Below are positions 36,433 through 42,650 of a stretch of DNA of 42,650 nt, in pieces. The translations under genes were made by a program, and so were the position numbers. Under the pieces are notes generated by a model. It worked only from the letters and a program-made list of their open reading frames with translations. It had not been told where the DNA came from and did no database searches. How positions within the stretch are numbered: position 1 is the first letter of the stretch; each line of letters opens with the position of its first letter. This DNA comes from Planctomycetota bacterium (GTDB lineage Bacteria; Planctomycetota; SZUA-567; H5-PLA8). The DNA lies in NCBI GenBank assembly GCA_038227875.1, contig JBBRPR010000068.1, forward strand, positions 1-42,650, read 5' to 3'.

Positions 36433-36534
36433 CTGAACCAATCTGACTACACTCTGACAAAATATTTCTAACTTTTTCGTGTCAGGCCTCTCGTGACTGG
36501 TGTATTGTAGTCAGATCGGATGAGATTGGTTCAG
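36433..36534. promoter_or_regulatory. Nested inverted repeats in the divergent promoter region (candidate GntR operators)
   Basis: CTGAACCAATCT/AGATTGGTTCAG, ATCTGACTACA/TGTAGTCAGAT and CTGACA/TGTCAG. Confidence 0.6.
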
Positions 36535-36542
36535 GGGCGATT

Positions 36543-37625
36543 ATGATTTCGGAAAAGCTTGATACTCGCGGCACCAGCGAAATGATCTCTCGGGTGCGCT
36601 CGGCGATCCGCGAAGGGCGCTATCCCAGCGGGCGATTTCTGCCCAGCGTGCGGCAACTCGCGGCGGAATATGCGATGTCGCCGGAGACGGTGCGCCGGGG
36701 TCTGGTGCGGCTGAGCGAAGAAGGGTTGCTGGAGATCCGGCCGCGGCGGGGATTTCTGGTGCGGCAGGAAACGCGCGACGCGGCGCATCTCCCCGTGGCG
36801 TATGTCACCGAATACAACCGCGACTTGAGCGACGCGCAGCCCGTAAACTGGGCCATCGATCGGGCGCTGACGGCCGAGGCCGGCGAACAGGGCCGGGGTA
36901 TGCTCGGCGTTCATGCCGCCAGCCTGGACACGACGAAGCTCAAGGAGCAACTCGGTGCCGCGCGCGCGTGGGGCTTGGTGCTCGATACGCTGGATGCCTC
37001 GCTGGTCGGCACGGTTCGCCAGACCGGGCTGCCGGTGGTGATGATCAATTCCTGGCTTGAGGGATCCGATTTCAATGTCGTGCTGCAGGATAATTTTCTC
37101 GGAGGATTCCTCGTGGCGCGGCACCTGGTGGAGAGCGGTGCGAAGCGGATCGCGTGGATCAATCCTGTCGGTAGGTATTGTCACAGCCGGGAACGCTTCG
37201 CGGGTGCGGTGGCCGGGCTGGCAAGCTGCGGGCGCACGTTCGATCCGAACCTGATTTTCGACACCGATGCCGATTCGCTCAGCGACGAGAAAGCTGCGAC
37301 TCTGCTGGCGCTCCTGCGCAGCACGGAGCGGCCCGACGGTGCGATGATTTTCTGGCGGGACATTGCGCGCACGAGCCGCAGACTCATTGCTGAAGCCGGG
37401 CTGAAGATCGGCGTGAATCTGAACGTGGTGGGTTGGACAGTGGATGAACTATACGAGCGTGAACACGTGGTGCTTTACGAAGGAATAGAAACGCCGCCGG
37501 CGATCACCTGGAAGGCACGCAGCATGGCGCACGAAGCGCTGCGGCTGCTGAACGAACTACGGACCGATCCGCTTTCCGAACAGCGCCGCGTGCTCGTACC
37601 GACGCGTGTGCGGTTGCGCGGGTAG
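36543..37625 (+). CDS. GntR-HTH + LacI-type sensor domain regulator (AraR-like)
   Basis: G.FLPSVRQLA..Y.MS.ETVRR.L..L..EG HTH; DNFLGG..VARHL..G.KRIA sensor domain. Confidence 0.9.
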   Translation: MISEKLDTRGTSEMISRVRSAIREGRYPSGRFLPSVRQLAAEYAMSPETVRRGLVRLSEEGLLEIRPRRGFLVRQETRDAAHLPVAYVTEYNRDLSDAQPVNWAIDRALTAEAGEQGRGMLGVHAASLDTTKLKEQLGAARAWGLVLDTLDASLVGTVRQTGLPVVMINSWLEGSDFNVVLQDNFLGGFLVARHLVESGAKRIAWINPVGRYCHSRERFAGAVAGLASCGRTFDPNLIFDTDADSLSDEKAATLLALLRSTERPDGAMIFWRDIARTSRRLIAEAGLKIGVNLNVVGWTVDELYEREHVVLYEGIETPPAITWKARSMAHEALRLLNELRTDPLSEQRRVLVPTRVRLRG

Positions 37626-37679
37626 TTGATGCGTTGGCGGTGAAGCCGCCAGCTTAAAAATTCAATCGAGGATGAGAAC

Positions 37680-40538
37680 ATGAGATCTGCGCTTACCGCA
37701 GTGACGGTGTGGTGCTCTGTCCTGATTTTCAGCGCGAGTATGGCTTTTGCCGCGGACGACGCGCAGGCCCTGCTTGAAAAGATGCAGGTCAAGGGCGGAC
37801 TGTGTCTGGTCGTCGGCGCCAAAGACACGGCGCTGGCGAAATCCCTGGCGGCGAACAGCACGCTGTTTGTCCAAGTGTTGCAGCCCGATTCGAAGTTGTC
37901 GATGCAATGGGGGAGGGACTGTGCACGGTCGGATTTTCAGGATCGCGAGAAGATTGGCATTCGCAACGCGGCGTTCGATCCAGAACATTACGGCTCGGAT
38001 CTCTTCAACCTGATCGTGGTCGAAGATTCCGCAGCGCTGGGAAAAGCGAAACCGGCGGAGCTTGTGCGCCTGCTCACGCCCGATGGCGTCGCGGCGTTCA
38101 AAAACGCGCCGGCGGAGTTCGCCAAAGTGATCGCGGGGCTTGGCTGTGAGACGCTGAGCGCCGGCGCGTACGCAACGGCTTTCCGCAAACCGGTGAAACC
38201 GGCGGAGTGGAAAATCTGCGACAGCTTCAAATGGCGCGCGGGGCCGCGGGCGCAGCTGAGCAGTGGCTGGGCCTCGGTCCTGGCAGCAGATGGGAAATTT
38301 TTCCACCGCGAGCGCATGGAAATTCCCGGCACGCTGACCGAAAGCAGTTCGCAACTCTTTGCGCGCGATGTGAACAACGGCCGGGTGTTGTGGTCGGTCG
38401 AAGAAGACAAGTGGCGCGATCCCCGTCCGCTGGCGGCGGCGCACGGACGGGTCTACACCCCGCTGGGCGAAAAGCTGGTCTGCCTCGACGGGGCGACCGG
38501 CAAACAGCTCTTTGAGATTCTGCCGGGGGGACTCGGTTCGCGCTGGAGCCTGACGCGTCTGGAGATCGTGGAAGATCTCTTGCTGGCCCAGGGCGAAATT
38601 GGTTTTCACGCCTTTTCGCTCAGCGACGGCAAGGAACTCTGGAAGATGGGCGTGGACCGATGGCTTTACAGCCAGGGAAAATTGATCACGGATCTGCGCG
38701 GACAGATCACGGCGCGCAGTCTGAAAGATCCGTCGAAAATATTCTGGCAGGTCAAAGTGGAGAAAGATTACGGCATCTTCGATTCGGAAAAGTATCTGCA
38801 TGTTTTACAGACTGAATTCGGCAATGTTCCCGCTGCGATCGCGACGCTGGATATGAACACCGGCGCGACGGTCTGGACCTACACCGCCGAAGCGCAGTTC
38901 AAAAAAGGCCGCACATACAAATTTGTACCGATGGGCGACAAGCTTTATTCGCTGGCCTACGCCAACTATGAGAACAAGGCGCAGGATTTGTGGATGACGC
39001 GGCTGGACATAAACACGGGAAAAGTGGAGGCGGAGGACTGCGGTCCGAAGGGCGCCGATCCGTTTAATATGTGCGCGCCGTGGGTGCATCGCGCGGGAAA
39101 GTACCTGGTCTACTTTTTCAGCGTGTGGGTCGATCCGCAGGACAATTCGCGCGTGTTCAAGTACCTGGCGCATCCGTCGTGCGCAATCGGGACGGTTTTT
39201 TCCGAGGGCATGATGTTCAATATTCCCAGCCGCAAAGCGGGTGCGCTGCAGGGAATTTCGGCGATGGCTCCGGCGGATCTTGAGTTCAACCAGGATCCGG
39301 GCGGAAAGGTGCTCACCAAGTACGGCGAGGCGCACCTCGGCGCCGATGTGAAGGACGACGAATGGCCGATGTTCCGCGCGAATCCCGAGCGTGGAAACGC
39401 GAGCAGCGTGAAACTTGGCGACAAGCCCGTCAAACTCTGGGAGGCGCAAGTCGGCCTGGGCGGTCGAAGCTTCGGAGTCATGAGCAGTGAGCGTACCGGA
39501 CTGACGCAAGCGGTTTGCGCGAACGGAGTGGCGATTGTCTCCGATATCGACGCGCACCGCATCGTGGCGCTCGACGCCGCGACGGGAAAGCAGAAGTGGG
39601 TTTTCGCGGTCGGTGCGCGCGTGGATTACCCGCCGTCGCTCTACAAAGGGCTCTGCATTTTCGCGGCGCGCGATGGCTGGGTGCATTGCTTGAACGCGGC
39701 CGATGGCACGCCGGTCTGGAAACTGCTGATTTCGCCGCGTGAGCGGCTGATCGGCGGCCAGGAGAAACTGGAATCACAGTGGCCGATGGTCTCCGATGTG
39801 CTCATCGCCGGTGGCGTGTGCTACACGTCGGCGGGCTTGAGCTTCGACAATCTCGGCGGCGTGCGCGCGGTGGCCTTCAAGCCGGAAACAGGCGACGTGA
39901 TCTGGAGCCAGACGTATTACGAAGAGAAGCATCAGGGCTACGGCAGCGGACCGATGGCCAACATGTTTACGGCACTGGCGGGCCCCAAGGGATTGGTGGT
40001 GGCCATGGGCGACCGGCCGGTGGACGTCGCGACTGGAAAGTTGCTGCCTGGAAATATCAAAGGCACTCTCTGCATTCCCGACGATTTCATTGCTGGTGAC
40101 GTGAGCATTCCGCGCAACGAAGAAGACCGTGCCGCGGTCGGGATTACGGATGGCCGAATCTGGGGCAAGACCGTCGCATTCGACAAGGAACTCAGTGTCG
40201 CCTACACGAATGCCTATGGCGGTGAAACCTGGGAATTCAAAGGGAAGGTCTCGCTGCTGGCCAGGAAGACGCCGGGCAAGACGAACCTCTGGGAGAACAC
40301 CGAGGCGGACCTGACCGTGGGCGACATCATGCTGACGCCGCAGTTCGCCTACTGCGTGGGCCATTATCAGCGCGCGAAGTAGAATCCGGAACTGCTCGTG
40401 GTTTCGCGTGAGGACGGAAAAGTCGTGAACGCGATTGCCGTCGATGGATTTCCAAGCTTCTTCGGCATGTCCGCGGCCGGCAACAAGCTCTTTGTGGCGA
40501 CGCGGGATGGCAAGCTGATTTGTTATCAGGGCAAGTGA
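37680..40538 (+). pseudogene. Large secreted protein (methyltransferase-like N-domain + PQQ beta-propellers) with an in-frame TAG at 40380-40382
   Basis: The frame continues after the TAG as NPELLVVSREDGKV...LFVATRDGKLICYQGK*, a typical terminal propeller blade. Confidence 0.75.
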
Positions 40539-40568
40539 AGCAGACAGGGCGATTTCATTTGGAGCGTT

Positions 40569-42513
40569 GTGATGACCAGAATTCTTGCGGTGCTGATTGT
40601 TCTTCTCTCCAGAATTATCAGTGCCGCTGAGTCGACTGCACCGCCGACGTTCACTCAACCCCCGAGCGCGATCAAGACGGGTGAGACGATCAAGGTGGCC
40701 TTCGCGGTCTCGCAGAAGACGGACGTGGAAGTGGCGGTGCTCAATGCCGCCGGCGAAGTCGTCAGACACCTGGCGGCGGGCGTGGTCGGAGGAGAGGCCG
40801 CACCTCCAGCCCCACTGAAAGCCGGACTTGAGCAGAACGTGGAATGGGACGGCAAGGATGATTACGGACAGGCAGTTGCCAACGCGAGCAGTTGTTCCTG
40901 TCGCGTTCGGGCAGGAATGGGCGTGAAGCTTGAGAAGATTGTCGGCGGCGATCCTTATGCGTTCTGGTCGAACCAGAGCGCCACAGTTCAGGATCACGCC
41001 CAATGGAAGGTGACGGGCATTGAAGCGAAATCCGACGGCAGCGTGTATGTGATCGGCTCCGAGACGTCGTTCGGTCTGCCGGTGCTGCGTGCCTACGATG
41101 CCCGCGGCAACTACCTGCGAACTGTTTTCCCGCCCTCGGCGGGCAAGTCTGCCGAAGACGTCAAGGGATGGGGCGTCAACCTGCGCGCCGATGGCACGTT
41201 TGCTCTGGGAACCAGTTACGGCTGGAACACGCGTCTCTCGAATTGGGGACTGATGAGCGGCGGCCTGGACTACGGCAGCATCTGGTGCGCGCATCTGATT
41301 CCATCGCCGGACAAGAACGTACTGCAGGTGGCACCGCCCTTCGAGGGCGCCGAAGGAAACCGGGAGATGACGGTCGGCACAGACGGCTCGATGCGGGAAT
41401 TCAAGCCCGGCCCGGTGCTCGCTGGAGAACCTCTCCCCAAGCAGGACTTCTTCAACGCGTGGTTTGCCGCGCTATCTTCCGACGGGAAGAGCCTGTTCAT
41501 CAGCGGTCTCGGCACCATCGTGAACGGATTCTGGCGGGACGGACAGGTCTGGAAGGTCGATCTTGCCACGCGGGTTCCGACCCCTTTCTTTTCACTGAGT
41601 GATGAAGAGCGGAAGGATCGCACCGCGATCGGCAATGGCACGGGCGCTCCCTATACCGCGTTCCACGGCGTTGCGGTGGACGCCGATGGACGCGTGTTTG
41701 TCTGCGACCGGCAGTTGAAGCGTATCGCCGTAGTTGACAAGGATGGAAAGTTGATCCGTTCAATCCCGGTGGAATTCCCTGACGCGGTCGCCGTGAGTCC
41801 GAAGTCGAAAGCGCTCTACGTCACGACGCGCTGGACCAAATGGGGTGCGAATGGCGAATTGAAACTGCTCAAATTCAACGATTGGTCCAAGGACGAAGCA
41901 CCGGCTGTCACGATTTCGCTGCATCAGGCTCTGGGCCTGCATAAGGCGTTGTCGCATCTGGCCGTGGTTGAGGATAAGGGGGACGTCCTGGTCTGGGTCG
42001 CCTATACGATGCTGCCTGTCCGCATCTACAAGGATACGGGGACTGGATTGGAACTGTTTAAGGATTTCTACGAGGCTGGTCCGAAGCAGCGCGCGCTGGA
42101 TCTGCAGCACATGGAGGTGGACCGGAAGACCGGCGACGCCTATATCGCCGATTCGCAAGGCTTCTTGTTTCGTATCCGGGACTGGACGAATCCTCAGTTC
42201 GAGCCCTGCCTGATCAATGCCAAGACCCGGATCGGCGCTTCGAGCATCGCCATCGATTCACGCAGCCGGCAACTCTATACCAAGTTCCACTACAAGCCGA
42301 TGGTGCGCCGCTGGAACATGGACGGGGAGTTCTTCACTCCCGCGACCGATGCCGGCGCCAGTAACACTTCATCAACATCGGGCGGTAACGAATTCACCAC
42401 GGCAGGCGAGTCCGTCAATAGTGTGCCGGTAAGCCTTGCAAACGGTGTCGTGCCGCCCATCACCTGTTCCTGGGTGTTCACGGGACTATGGGAACGCGGT
42501 ATGGCCGCTGCCC
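40569..42513 (+). CDS. Secreted Ig(FlgD-like)/NHL beta-propeller protein, probably truncated at ~42513
   Basis: Signal peptide; VVRHLAAG...WDGKDD.G; GVAVDADGRVFVCD NHL repeats. The sequence loses its repeat character after ERGMAAA. Confidence 0.75.
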
Positions 42514-42650
42514 TCTGTGCCAATATGAGTGAGACACTTGCCCCCTGTAAGTTTAGAGTCGAGGGCGAGAAGGAAATCACTCCATGTCCAAAGCACGGAC
42601 AACTGTTGTTTCAATGCTGTCTGGCGGCATGACTCGTGAGGGGATCGAGC
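42514..42650 (+). mobile_element. Possible left end of an insertion sequence with a new ORF start at 42584
   Basis: Abrupt break in the host reading frame, a terminus-like TGTGCCAATATGAGTGAGACACTT, and AAGGA RBS + ATG (MSKARTTVVSMLSGGMTREGIE...) running off the window. Confidence 0.4.

Noticed and set aside
1..42650. CRISPR array, rRNA or phage structural genes
   Set aside because: No regularly spaced repeat-spacer pattern, no cas genes, and no rRNA or virion motifs seen.

Overview
GC-rich bacterial chromosomal window. The gene repertoire (several large secreted PQQ/NHL beta-propeller proteins, SGNH, GH36, a binding-protein-permease fusion) suggests a PVC/Planctomycetota-like organism; this is inference only. 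Positions 1 to ~6570 are the end of an AT-richer integrated element whose boundary is the 5' half of a tRNA-Thr(CGT), cut at the anticodon loop and still behind its promoter. The element carries umuDC, a DUF2958 gene, two orphans, a receiver-domain gene and, most notably, a divergent stand-alone RuvB-like motor translationally coupled to a XerC/D-like tyrosine recombinase, with no ruvA or ruvC nearby. The rest is host DNA: an unusual carbohydrate ABC transporter, M28 peptidase, cobB/cbiA, rnpB, hisG, a LacI/PhyH unit with two operators, an internally deleted zeta-toxin module, D-aminoacylase, rluD, nitrilase, LOG, DUF151, trpD, queE, SGNH and GH36. It ends in a GntR-linked beta-propeller locus with an in-frame TAG and a probable IS insertion at the right edge. 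All calls rest on motif recognition by eye; no searches were run.
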